This document shows positions 1 through 9,191 of a stretch of DNA of 43,014 bases, one piece after another. The stretch's first letter is position 1. Each line of letters opens with the position of its first letter. The stretch is from contig PNNR01000051.1 of assembly GCA_013824375.1 (NCBI GenBank), forward strand, positions 1-43,014, given 5' to 3'. The notes below the pieces were generated by a model that was given only the letters and a program-made list of their open reading frames with translations, was not told the DNA's origin and searched no databases. Position numbers and translations under genes: made by a program. Source of the DNA: Clostridiales bacterium. Its GTDB lineage: Bacteria > Bacillota > Clostridia > Christensenellales > CAG-138.

Positions 1-48
1 AAACAGCAATATCATGCAAGACTTGGGTATATATATCATATACAATTC

Positions 49-77
49 TTGACAATACTCGCGAAAAGGAATATGTT
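49..77 (+). promoter_or_regulatory. sigma-A-type promoter of the EamA gene
   Basis: TTGACA (49-54), 17 bp spacer, TATGTT (72-77). Confidence 0.55.
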
Positions 78-143
78 AATTTGACCGCGGTGACCACCAC
101 GGAATGCCGCGTTTCGCGAAAACAACGTTAGGGGAACACAATC

Positions 144-1079
144 GTGCCACAGAATAAGCAATCCAACGCTTTATCCATAGCCTCCGTTCTCGGCGCACTC
201 ATACTCTGGAGCTCGTCGTTCGTCGCCATTAAGCTTGCTTATACGACATACCCACCGATTACGCTTGCCGTTGTACGTTTTTTTGTTGCAACTCTGATTC
301 TCGGAGCGTTGACACTGCTGCCGAAAAACCGCGCGAAGCTTGAGATGAAAGATATCTTCACGGTTGCCGTCTGCGGGTTGACTGGAATCATGCTCTATGC
401 CGTGCTGCAGAATATAGCGATGCAATGGACGTCCGCCTCCAGCGCTACGCTGATCATCGCGTCCTATCCGATCATAACGCTTTTGCTGGAAAGCTTGATC
501 TACAAGACAAAACTCAACGCAATCCGGATCGTCGCGATCCTGATTGCCATCATCGGTGTAGTTATCCTGTCCTATGTCAAGGCGGAGTCCCGATTGGAGG
601 GCGAGTTACTTGGCATCCTGCTGCTCGTCGCTGCAGGCGTTGTCTGGGCTGTCTATAACTTTATGACAAAGAAGGTAATTAATCGCTACCCGCCGATCAC
701 GCTGCTCTTTTACACGACGCTGTTCGGGACGGTCTTTATGGCGCCTCTTGCGCTGCTCGAACGAGCGCAGTGGCAGGCGCCAACACTGATTTCATTCTCT
801 ATGATGATGTTTCTCGGTGTGTTTTGTTCCGTGCTTGCTTTCCTGCTCTACAATCGGGGATTAAAGACCATGACTCCGAGTGTAGTGACGTCTATGCTTA
901 ACCTCATGCCGATCTTTGGCGTGTTTTTCTCCTGGATTTTGCTGGGAGAACAAGTTACAATGCGCAAGTTTATCGGCGGAGCGATCGTTATCATCGGTGT
1001 TATGTTAAGCGTGCAAAAGAATAAGACTGATCCAGCGGTAGCAACTGCAACGGAAACCGCAGCGGAAATACAACGATGA
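144..1079 (+). CDS. DMT/EamA family transporter
   Basis: 311 aa, about 10 hydrophobic helices in two EamA-like repeats (LILWSSSFVAIK...RFFVA; LLNLMPIFGVFFSWILLGE); GTG start after AGGGG. Confidence 0.85.
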   Translation: MPQNKQSNALSIASVLGALILWSSSFVAIKLAYTTYPPITLAVVRFFVATLILGALTLLPKNRAKLEMKDIFTVAVCGLTGIMLYAVLQNIAMQWTSASSATLIIASYPIITLLLESLIYKTKLNAIRIVAILIAIIGVVILSYVKAESRLEGELLGILLLVAAGVVWAVYNFMTKKVINRYPPITLLFYTTLFGTVFMAPLALLERAQWQAPTLISFSMMMFLGVFCSVLAFLLYNRGLKTMTPSVVTSMLNLMPIFGVFFSWILLGEQVTMRKFIGGAIVIIGVMLSVQKNKTDPAVATATETAAEIQR

Positions 1080-1294
1080 ATAAACTCGGAAGACGCATTG
1101 CAAGAAGAACCAAATACGGGATAGTGAAACACCTGCACGCATAAAGTTGCTTTTTCGGGCACAATGTATATAATAGAAAAAGCTTTAGAAGTTCGGCACG
1201 CATGCAATGAATCTGGAGATCTATACCAAACATCCGGTACGTATAAAAAAACCTTTTGCGAAATGATCGGATAAATTCTCGGGGGTATACTGTT

Positions 1295-2095
1295 ATGCAG
1301 ACAAATCATTCAAAATCTATCCGCAGGCTGACAGCGGCAGGCGTGCTCGCGGCGGCAATCGTGCTGCTCACGACGCTCGTTTCACTACCGATGCCCGGCG
1401 GACTCGGCTATATTAACCTCGGCGATGTGGGCGTACTGCTCGCGGGCATGATGCTCGGCGGCGGTTGGGGTGCGCTCTGCGCGGGCGCGGCATCTGCGCT
1501 GGCAGATGTGCTGCTCGGCTATACCGTCTATGCGCCGGCGACGTTTATCATCAAAGGACTGGTCGCACTGGTGGCGGGGCTGTTGTTTGCAAGAACACAG
1601 AAGAAGATTCGCTTTGCCGCGCTGTATCCCGCCGCGCTGATCGTACCCGTAGGTTATTTCTTCTATGAAGTGATGCTTTATGGCGTGGCAAGCGCGATTC
1701 CGAATATTCTGTTCAACACCATGCAGTGCTTGATCGGCGCGGTGATAGCGACTGTACTGGGATTGATGCTCTCGAAAAGCAAACTGTTTATGAAAGAAAC
1801 AGCAAACACAGCTATTTGCGCTGAGATTCTCCGCGAACCCAAGCATGGACCGGACGTTGTACTGATCGCAACCCGCGCACAGGCAGAGTTGATCAAGAAA
1901 GCAGGGGACATGCTCTCTGTACAGGGAATTATGGCGCGAATCGTGGTAGTCGATGATTTTGCTACATTTGAGCAGCTGCCTGCGATTCAGCGTGAACAGT
2001 TCCTGCCGGAAGGGAAGACGTTCGTTCGCGTTGATGATCCAGACACTACGCCGAAAGCAATTATGCTAGCGGCTGTTGAGGCGAAAGAACAGTAG
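1295..2095 (+). CDS. ECF transporter S component with C-terminal transketolase-C-like domain
   Basis: N-terminal LPMPGGLGYINLGD...ASALADVLLGYTVYAPATFIIKG is typical of ECF S-components; ATG 1295 follows GGGGG; about 90 aa soluble C-terminal extension. Confidence 0.8.
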   Translation: MQTNHSKSIRRLTAAGVLAAAIVLLTTLVSLPMPGGLGYINLGDVGVLLAGMMLGGGWGALCAGAASALADVLLGYTVYAPATFIIKGLVALVAGLLFARTQKKIRFAALYPAALIVPVGYFFYEVMLYGVASAIPNILFNTMQCLIGAVIATVLGLMLSKSKLFMKETANTAICAEILREPKHGPDVVLIATRAQAELIKKAGDMLSVQGIMARIVVVDDFATFEQLPAIQREQFLPEGKTFVRVDDPDTTPKAIMLAAVEAKEQ

Positions 2096-2161
2096 CTCTA
2101 TTTATATGGCTGTTAAATATACGGCTAGTAAATAACTAAAAATTAAGATTGCTTATATTTG

Positions 2162-2203
2162 GCATGCGGAGCGAAAGAGGCTCCGCATGCTTTTTGCTTT
2201 TTT
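2162..2203 (+). terminator. intrinsic terminator
   Basis: GCATGCGGAGC / GCTCCGCATGC stem followed by T-tracts. Confidence 0.85.
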
Positions 2204-2258
2204 TGCCTTGTTCCGTTCATAATCAATGCTCCAATTCTGTAGTCTAGGCGATGGATTA

Positions 2259-2316
2259 ACACCATATGTTGTATGTGTCGGATTAATATTGAACAATGTA
2301 TTACAATATTTAGTTT
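2259..2316. promoter_or_regulatory. tandem NrdR-box-like motifs
   Basis: ACACCATATGTTGTAT (2259-2274) and TTACAATATTTAGTTT (2301-2316) match acaCwAtATaTwGtgt and start 42 bp apart. Confidence 0.4.
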
Positions 2317-2320
2317 GCTA

Positions 2321-2349
2321 TTGCAAATTGCCTGCGCTTTCCATAGAAT
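2321..2349 (+). promoter_or_regulatory. sigma-A-type promoter
   Basis: TTGCAA-17 bp-TAGAAT, then AGGAG RBS before ATG 2369. Confidence 0.6.
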
Positions 2350-2368
2350 TTCTATTTAGGAGAACGCT

Positions 2369-4084
2369 ATGAATACGAACGAATACGGCAACCTCCAAAA
2401 CAAAAAAACATCGGCGGATTCGGGGCTATACGGCAACGGATCCGCTTATCGTACTGTTCCGGCAGCGGGCGGCGCCTACGGCGCGAACAGCTACGTGCAG
2501 CGGAACACAGCGCAGGATTCTTATCGGACGCCTGCACAGCCGCGTGCGGCGTATGATTTCGCGCAGTATGGCAATGCGCCGCGGCAGACCGGGTACGCTC
2601 CCGCAAACAATGCTTATCAGCAGCGGACGAGTCAGTCGACTTTGCAGAACGGCCGCGTTCACGCGCCTGGCAGTCACAGCCACCGCATCAACCACAATCC
2701 GTCTACACAAAACGGCAACGGCGCAAAGACCCCAGTCAACGGAAACAGAGTGAAAGCCAACGGCAACGGCGGCTCCGGCAACGGCGGAAACGGAAACGGC
2801 GGTAGAGGCACCGGAAACGGCAATGGTTATGGCAACGGAAACGGGAACGGCAATGGAAACGGCAAGAAGCCGATCAAGAAGAAGACGCTGAAACAACGAA
2901 TAATTACTTGGCTCAAAAAAGCACTGCGTTCCGTCTATCTGTTTGGCAAGACTGTCTCCGCCTGGTTTAAGAAGACGTTTGCGAAGTTCAACAAACTGGA
3001 AAAACCGATCCGCATCTTCCTTGCAAGCGCGGCTGGTTTCGTTTTCGTTTCAATGGTAGTCATCATCGCTGTCTCCGGCACACGGCATCAGCGCGAAGAG
3101 GCCATTCAGGCAGAGCTCTCGATGGCGACACCCATGCCGACCATCGCACCGACGGCAACCCCGGAACCCACGCCGAGCCCAACGCCGGAAATCCGGATTG
3201 AGAAGGGCGCGGAGGGCGAGGACGTCATGGCGCTGCAAAAGCGGCTCATGGAGCTTGGCTATCTCGCGATTGACGAACCGACCAGCTACTTCGGCCATGC
3301 AACCAAAGAAGCTGTGAAGCTCTTCCAGCGGCAGCATGAGCTGCAACAGGACGGCATTTGCGGCAATGAAACGATCACGATGATCTATGCGGAAGACGCG
3401 AAACCATACGTCATGACGGAGGGAGCGGAAGGCGACGATATCAAGTCCTTCCAGGAGCAGCTCGTCGAACTTGGGTATCTGGAAGACAATCAGGTTACCG
3501 GCTATTACGGTACGGACACCGTGGAAGCGGTCACCAAATTCCAGAACCGCAACCACCTGACCAAAGACGGAAAAGCGGGTGAACAGACGCTCGAAGCAAT
3601 CAACTCGCCGGATGCGCGCGTTTCCTACACTAGAGAGCAGGAGATCATTAAAGAAAAGAAAAAACAGGCGGCTCTCGCGAGGGCTTCTTCCGCGGAAGGC
3701 CGTATCGATAAGCTCATCAACGCCGCGAGAAAACAGCTCGGAGACACCTATATTCTCGGCAAGAGCGGTCCGGATTCGTTCGACTGTTCGGGTCTCGTAG
3801 TTTATTGCCTGAGACAGGCAAACGTATACACCCGCCGCCTCAACGCCGCAGGCTTAAGCAAGACGACAAGCTGGACCAAGGTGTCCGATCTGGACAATGT
3901 CAAACGCGGCGACCTGCTGTTCTTTAAGTCGGACGACAGCAGCACCATCGGTCACGTCGGCATCTATATCGGCGGCGGCGAAATGATCGACGCATCGTCG
4001 GCAAACGGCAAGGTTGTGCGTAGAAGCGCAAAGAGCAGCTACTGGCGCAGAAACTTCGTCGTCGCAAGGCGGCCCATCGAGTAA
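2369..4084 (+). CDS. membrane-anchored peptidoglycan-binding NlpC/P60 (C40) endopeptidase
   Basis: Low-complexity N-terminus, one TM helix, Pro/Thr linker, two PG_binding_1-like repeats (GEDVMALQKRLMELGY...FQRQHELQQDG), C-terminal FDCSGLV and GHVGIY motifs. Confidence 0.88.
   Translation: MNTNEYGNLQNKKTSADSGLYGNGSAYRTVPAAGGAYGANSYVQRNTAQDSYRTPAQPRAAYDFAQYGNAPRQTGYAPANNAYQQRTSQSTLQNGRVHAPGSHSHRINHNPSTQNGNGAKTPVNGNRVKANGNGGSGNGGNGNGGRGTGNGNGYGNGNGNGNGNGKKPIKKKTLKQRIITWLKKALRSVYLFGKTVSAWFKKTFAKFNKLEKPIRIFLASAAGFVFVSMVVIIAVSGTRHQREEAIQAELSMATPMPTIAPTATPEPTPSPTPEIRIEKGAEGEDVMALQKRLMELGYLAIDEPTSYFGHATKEAVKLFQRQHELQQDGICGNETITMIYAEDAKPYVMTEGAEGDDIKSFQEQLVELGYLEDNQVTGYYGTDTVEAVTKFQNRNHLTKDGKAGEQTLEAINSPDARVSYTREQEIIKEKKKQAALARASSAEGRIDKLINAARKQLGDTYILGKSGPDSFDCSGLVVYCLRQANVYTRRLNAAGLSKTTSWTKVSDLDNVKRGDLLFFKSDDSSTIGHVGIYIGGGEMIDASSANGKVVRRSAKSSYWRRNFVVARRPIE
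2759..2863 (+). repeat. Asn-Gly coding tandem repeat
   Basis: Degenerate AACGGN units encoding NGNGGSGNGGNGNGG...NGNGNGNGNG. Confidence 0.85.
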
Positions 4085-4100
4085 TCAGGATTGCACGCAG

Positions 4101-4130
4101 ACGGCGGCGCGGGAACGCGCCGCCGTTTTC
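4101..4130 (+). terminator. intrinsic terminator
   Basis: ACGGCGGCGCG-GGAA-CGCGCCGCCGT then TTT. Confidence 0.75.
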
Positions 4131-4166
4131 GCGCGGACGTGTAACGAGCGTGACAGAGGTTCATTC

Positions 4167-4195
4167 TTGCAATCCGCATCAGGATACAGTATGAT
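4167..4195 (+). promoter_or_regulatory. sigma-A-type promoter of lepA-hemW
   Basis: TTGCAA-17 bp-TATGAT. Confidence 0.6.
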
Positions 4196-4222
4196 GAAAC
4201 CCGAAATATGGGAGGGAACCAC

Positions 4223-6025
4223 ATGGCATACCCCAATGAACTGATCAGGAATTTTTCCATCATAGCGCACATCGACCACGGCAAATCGACGCTGGCCGAC
4301 CGCATGATAGAGCAGACGGACACCGTCGCCATGAGAGACATGTCAGAGCAGCTGCTCGACTCGATGGATATCGAGCGCGAGCGCGGCATCACAATCAAGT
4401 CCTCTGCGGTGCGGATGTTTTATACGCATACCGACGGCAAGCGCTACATGTTCAACCTCATCGACACGCCCGGGCACGTGGACTTCAACTACGAAGTCAG
4501 CCGCGCGTTGGCGGCCTGTGAGGGCGCGGTGCTGGTTGTTGACGCGACGCAGGGCATCGAAGCGCAAACGCTAGCGAACGTCTATCTCGCCGTGGACAAC
4601 GGCCTGGAGGTCGTGCCGGTCATCAACAAGATCGACCTTCCAAGCGCGGAGCCGGAGAGAACCGCGCAGGAGATCGAGGACGTCATCGGCATCGAAGCGC
4701 ATAGCGCGCCGAAGATCTCCGCAAAGAGCGGACTCAACGTCGATCAGGTGCTGGCAGCAGTTGTCAAGACGGTTCCGCCGCCTGTCGGTGATCCGGACGC
4801 GCCGTTGACTGCGCTGGTGTTCGATTGCTTCTATGACAACTACAAAGGCGCGCTCTCGTATGTGCGCGTGTTTGACGGTACCGTTCGTCCGGGAAACCGT
4901 ATTCGCTCGATGGCGACCGGGCACGAGTTTGAGGTTACGGAAGTCGGCGTATTCACGCCCGCTCCCATGTCAGTAGATGAACTAACCGCAGGCGAGGTTG
5001 GCTATATTGCGGCCTCGATTAAGAGCGTTGCGGAAACCAAGGTCGGCGACACGATTACCTCCGCTGATCGTCCGGCGAGCAAACCGCTGCCCGGCTATAA
5101 GCAGGCGAACCCGATGGTCTTCTGCGGCATCTATCCAGCAGACGGCGCGCAGTACGGCGATCTCAGAGACGCGCTCGACAAGCTCAGGCTCAACGACGCC
5201 TCGCTTTCCTATGAACAGGAAACGAGCAACGCGCTAGGTTACGGCTTCCGCTGCGGGTTCCTCGGACTTCTGCACATGGAGATCGTTCAGGAACGGCTCG
5301 AGCGCGAATTCGACCTCGATCTGGTGACCACCGCGCCAAGCGTTATCTACAAGATCGTACTTACGACGGGCGAAGAAGAGATGATCGACAACCCGTCCAA
5401 CCTGCCGCCGGTCACTGAGATCGAGCACCTCGAAGAGCCGGTTGTCAACGCGACGATCATGACGCCTTCGGAGTATGTCGGCGCGCTCATGGAGCTCTGT
5501 CAGGAGCGGCGCGGCATATTTATGGACATGAATTACATCGAGGAATCGCGCGTGCGCATTCATTATGTTCTGCCGCTCAACGAGATCATCTACGACTTCT
5601 TCGATCAGCTCAAAAGCCGCAGCAGGGGATATGCGTCGTTTGATTACGAGCTTAAGGGCTACGAAAAAAGTGACCTCGTGAAGCTCGACTTCCTGCTCAA
5701 CGGAGATGTGTGCGATGCGCTGAGCACGATCGTACACAGAGACCGCGCCTATGCAAAAGGCCGCGCCGTGGCGGAGAAGCTCTGTGAAGTCATTCCGCGC
5801 CAGCAGTTTGAAATCCCCGTGCAGGCCGCCATCGGCGGAAAGATCATCGCACGCGAAACCGTACGCGCCGTGCGCAAGGACGTTCTTGCCAAGTGCTACG
5901 GCGGCGACATCACGCGTAAGAAGAAGCTACTCGAAAAGCAGAAGGAAGGCAAAAAGCGCATGCGCCAGGTTGGAACCGTGTCCTTGCCGAGCGACGCTTT
6001 CATGAGCGTGCTCCGCATCAACTGA
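4223..6025 (+). CDS. lepA: elongation factor 4
   Basis: [29 protein letters not shown]-terminal [21 protein letters not shown]; ATG 4223 after GGAGG. Confidence 0.98.
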   Translation: MAYPNELIRNFSIIAHIDHGKSTLADRMIEQTDTVAMRDMSEQLLDSMDIERERGITIKSSAVRMFYTHTDGKRYMFNLIDTPGHVDFNYEVSRALAACEGAVLVVDATQGIEAQTLANVYLAVDNGLEVVPVINKIDLPSAEPERTAQEIEDVIGIEAHSAPKISAKSGLNVDQVLAAVVKTVPPPVGDPDAPLTALVFDCFYDNYKGALSYVRVFDGTVRPGNRIRSMATGHEFEVTEVGVFTPAPMSVDELTAGEVGYIAASIKSVAETKVGDTITSADRPASKPLPGYKQANPMVFCGIYPADGAQYGDLRDALDKLRLNDASLSYEQETSNALGYGFRCGFLGLLHMEIVQERLEREFDLDLVTTAPSVIYKIVLTTGEEEMIDNPSNLPPVTEIEHLEEPVVNATIMTPSEYVGALMELCQERRGIFMDMNYIEESRVRIHYVLPLNEIIYDFFDQLKSRSRGYASFDYELKGYEKSDLVKLDFLLNGDVCDALSTIVHRDRAYAKGRAVAEKLCEVIPRQQFEIPVQAAIGGKIIARETVRAVRKDVLAKCYGGDITRKKKLLEKQKEGKKRMRQVGTVSLPSDAFMSVLRIN

Positions 6026-6027
6026 CG

Positions 6028-7161
6028 ATGGCGGGCATCTATCTACATATACCGTTCTGTGTGAAAAAGTGCGCCTATTGCGACTTCGTGAGCTTTCCCG
6101 AAGGTAGCGTACCCCAAAGCTATGTGGACGCGTTACTCACCGAACTGGAGCTTGTTGCGCGCAGCGGGAGTTATCCCGCCGCGTTTAACACGGTGTTTTT
6201 CGGCGGCGGCACGCCTTCGCTTCTCACGGGCGAGCAGATGCAGAGCATCTTGGCTTCACTGACTGCGCATTTCGATATCCGCGAAAGCGCAGAGATTTCG
6301 ATGGAATGCAACCCCGGCACAGTCACACCGGAAAAGCTCGCGGCATACCGCACGGCGGGCATCAACCGCCTCTCTATTGGATTACAGAGCACGCACGACG
6401 CGCTGCTGAAATCCATCGGACGCATCCATACGTATCAGCAATTTCGGGAGACGCTCCAAAGCGCGCGAGAAGCTGGATTTACCAACATCAACGCAGATTT
6501 GATGCACGGGCTGTCGAATCAGACGGAGCAGTATCTCGAATCTCTCAACGCTGTCTGCGATCTCGGCGTGCAGCACATCTCCGCGTATTCGCTGATTCTC
6601 GAGGAGCACACGCCGTTGTTTGACTGCGTGGAGCGCGGCGAGATTACGCCGCCGGATGAGGATCGCGTGGCGGACATGCAGGACGCGGGCATCGATCTTC
6701 TCGAAACGCGTGGCTATTACCGCTATGAGATCAGCAACTTTGCACAGGAAGGCTACGAATGCCGACATAATCTCAACTACTGGCACAACGGCGAATATCT
6801 TGGCTTTGGCGTTGCCGCGCACGCGGTGGTGCGGGAGAAAAAGTGGACGCGCTATGCCAATGTCAGCTCGCTTGAGGAATATTACCGCCTGCTCACACGT
6901 GGGAAGCGTCCGCTCGCGGAGACCATCCGGCTTGCGCCACGGGATGAGATGTTTGAGTGCATCATGCTGGGGCTTCGGCTTGTGCGCGGGGTAGACCGCG
7001 CGGCGTTCGCGGCACGGTTCGGGTTTGATGTCGCAGACGCGTATCCTTATGCCATGGAACAGCTCAGAAAGCGCGCTTGGATCGTTGAAACCGAGCAGTC
7101 GATTGCGCTGAATCGAAAAGGGCTCGATCTGCAGAACGAATCGCTGGGTTTTTTCATGTAG
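6028..7161 (+). CDS. hemW: radical SAM heme chaperone HemW (HemN-like)
   Basis: YLHIPFCVKKCAYCDF (CxxxCxxC), GGGTPS, YEISNF, HNLNYW; lies between lepA and hrcA. Confidence 0.92.
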   Translation: MAGIYLHIPFCVKKCAYCDFVSFPEGSVPQSYVDALLTELELVARSGSYPAAFNTVFFGGGTPSLLTGEQMQSILASLTAHFDIRESAEISMECNPGTVTPEKLAAYRTAGINRLSIGLQSTHDALLKSIGRIHTYQQFRETLQSAREAGFTNINADLMHGLSNQTEQYLESLNAVCDLGVQHISAYSLILEEHTPLFDCVERGEITPPDEDRVADMQDAGIDLLETRGYYRYEISNFAQEGYECRHNLNYWHNGEYLGFGVAAHAVVREKKWTRYANVSSLEEYYRLLTRGKRPLAETIRLAPRDEMFECIMLGLRLVRGVDRAAFAARFGFDVADAYPYAMEQLRKRAWIVETEQSIALNRKGLDLQNESLGFFM

Positions 7162-7277
7162 AAGCTATCTGTCGTCGTTTTGCAGTGTTGGGAGAACCAA
7201 ATCTATACAATTATTTTCCACATACAACCCTTCGGGGTGTTTTCACTGGAATGTCACATTTTTGATACAGCACTTAC

Positions 7278-7306
7278 TTGACATCAAATCCTGTAAGTGC
7301 TAAATT
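7278..7306 (+). promoter_or_regulatory. sigma-A promoter of the heat-shock operon
   Basis: TTGACA-17 bp-TAAATT with TGn extended -10. Confidence 0.75.
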
Positions 7307-7317
7307 TTTCTCATGGG

Positions 7318-7344
7318 TTAGCACTCAACAAAATAGAGTGCTAA
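7318..7344. promoter_or_regulatory. CIRCE element (HrcA operator)
   Basis: Perfect TTAGCACTC-N9-GAGTGCTAA upstream of hrcA. Confidence 0.97.
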
Positions 7345-7420
7345 TAACAAAAAATATCATTGCAATGCTGAACTGCCGCGCATCGCGAGCAGGACTTTTT
7401 TCGAAAGGAGGCGGCGGGCC

Positions 7421-8455
7421 TTGGATCTGGACGCGAGAAAACTCGGCATATTGAAGGCGATTATCGATGAATATATCATGTCCGCGTCTCCGGTCGGCTC
7501 CCGCGCGATCAGCAAGCACGAGGAGTTCAATCTATCGAGCGCGACCATCCGCAACGAGATGGCGGATCTGGAAGAGCTCGGATACTTAGAACAGCCGCAT
7601 ACCTCCGCAGGACGCGTTCCTTCAGATAAGGCTTATCGGCTCTATGTCGATCAAATGATGCAGCGCGCGGCGCTCTCGGACGACGAGATCAAACTCATCC
7701 GTGCGCACATGAGCGCGCGGCTGGACGAAGTCGAGTCCGTGATGAAGCAGACGGCGCAGGCGCTCTCCGCGGTGACGAACTATACCGCGATGGTGATGCC
7801 ACCGATGCTTGCCGCCAATCGCCTCAGACACATTCAACTGGTTCCCTTGCGCGAAGGACGCGCTCTTGTGGTCATCGTGACCACGACAGGATTTGCAAGA
7901 GACGCGATCATCCGCGTGCCGGAAGATATCCGCACCGGCGAACTGGAGCGCATCTCGCGCCTGTTAACCGAGCGGTATTATGACTGCCGCATGGATCACA
8001 TCGGCGAGATGATCGCCAAGGAGATGAGCGGCGAACTCTATGAGCGGCGCGCGTTCCTCTGCTCCGTGATGGAAGCCGTCGAGCGCAAGATGGCACCGGA
8101 TTCGCCGAACGTGCAGCTTTCGGGCACAACCAACATGCTGCACTATCCCGAATACAGCGACGTGAACAAGGCAAAGACCTTCCTCGCCGCAGTTGAGGGG
8201 AGGAACATGCTCTACGAAATGCTCAAGCGTGCCAGCAAGCTGGAGTTTACCATTACGATCGGCAACGAGAACGAAGACGAGATGTTCAAGGATTGCAGCA
8301 TCGTGACCGCTACCTATCAAGTGGGCGATGAGCCGTTGGGTTCCTTCGGTATCATCGGTCCCACGCGAATGAATTACGGCAAGGTGATCTCCGTTCTGGA
8401 ATATATGCGCAGGAGCCTCTCCGAGATGCTCAGCGCGGATCAGGACGACGATTAA
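7421..8455 (+). CDS. hrcA: heat-inducible transcription repressor
   Basis: PVGSRAI...SSATIRNEMADLEELGYLEQPHTSAGRVPSDKAYRLYVD, IIGPTRMNY; TTG start after AGGAGG. Confidence 0.97.
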   Translation: MDLDARKLGILKAIIDEYIMSASPVGSRAISKHEEFNLSSATIRNEMADLEELGYLEQPHTSAGRVPSDKAYRLYVDQMMQRAALSDDEIKLIRAHMSARLDEVESVMKQTAQALSAVTNYTAMVMPPMLAANRLRHIQLVPLREGRALVVIVTTTGFARDAIIRVPEDIRTGELERISRLLTERYYDCRMDHIGEMIAKEMSGELYERRAFLCSVMEAVERKMAPDSPNVQLSGTTNMLHYPEYSDVNKAKTFLAAVEGRNMLYEMLKRASKLEFTITIGNENEDEMFKDCSIVTATYQVGDEPLGSFGIIGPTRMNYGKVISVLEYMRRSLSEMLSADQDDD

Positions 8456-8497
8456 AGTTAATCATCAGAAGAGCCTTGCGGTTTACGTGGGGCGAGA

Positions 8498-9100
8498 ATG
8501 GACAAGGAGACTGGAACATTGACCAAGAAGACTGACAAACATGAACCCGTAGAAGAAACGATCCAGACGGAAGAAACCAGAAGCGAAGCAAATGTCTTAG
8601 CGGAGTCCGCTTCCGAGCAGGAATCCTATACGCTGACGGCGGAGGAATTCGCAGCCGCCAAGGCGCACATTGAAGCCATCACCAAGGAAAAGGACGAGAC
8701 GGTCAACCTCCTGCAGCGCATTCAGGCGGATTTTGACAACTTCCGTCGCAGGAACGCCAGCATCCGGCTGGATAGCTACGAAGAAGGCAAACGTGACACC
8801 GTAAAAGAGCTACTGCCCGCGCTGGACAATCTCGATCGTGCGTTGGACAGCATCCCCTCTGAGAACGCGAACCTGCGCGAGGGAATCGCGATGGTGCAGC
8901 GGCAGATGTTAGATTCGCTAAAGAAGCTTGGACTGGAAGAAGTCGAAAGCGACTGTATCTTTGACCCCGTCAAACACGAGGCTGTTATGCGCGAAAAAGT
9001 TGACGGCAGAGAGAGCGGAGAGATCGTTGTGGTATTCCAGAAGGGTTATCGCATGGGCGGACGCATCATTCGTCACTGCATGGTGAAAGTCGCGGAATAA
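8498..9100 (+). CDS. grpE: nucleotide exchange factor GrpE
   Basis: RIQADFDNFRRR, FDPVKHEAV, VFQKGY...MVKVA; alternative TTG start at 8519 after AAGGAG. Confidence 0.96.
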   Translation: MDKETGTLTKKTDKHEPVEETIQTEETRSEANVLAESASEQESYTLTAEEFAAAKAHIEAITKEKDETVNLLQRIQADFDNFRRRNASIRLDSYEEGKRDTVKELLPALDNLDRALDSIPSENANLREGIAMVQRQMLDSLKKLGLEEVESDCIFDPVKHEAVMREKVDGRESGEIVVVFQKGYRMGGRIIRHCMVKVAE

Positions 9101-9191
9101 AAAATTTTCGTTTCACATCAGAACGGAAGGAGCACAAGCTCCCGTAAGATTTGAGATAAATTATTGATAGAATACTTGGAGGATATTATTC

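Noticed and set aside
80-125. Possible riboswitch before EamA (CGCGGT/GCCGCG stem, TTTCGCGAAA palindrome)
   Set aside because: Too short, matches no aptamer consensus I recognise, and has no expression platform
1076-1144. 22-aa basic ORF (MNKLGRRIARRTKYGIVKHLHA) overlapping the EamA stop (ATGA)
   Set aside because: Weak RBS and no recognisable family; plausible by chance
1175-1294. TPP or other vitamin riboswitch before the ECF S gene
   Set aside because: No CTGAGA or other conserved aptamer motifs and no terminator in the leader
2759-2863. Short tandem repeats as a CRISPR array or contingency locus
   Set aside because: In-frame, synonymously varied Asn-Gly codons; no spacers or cas genes
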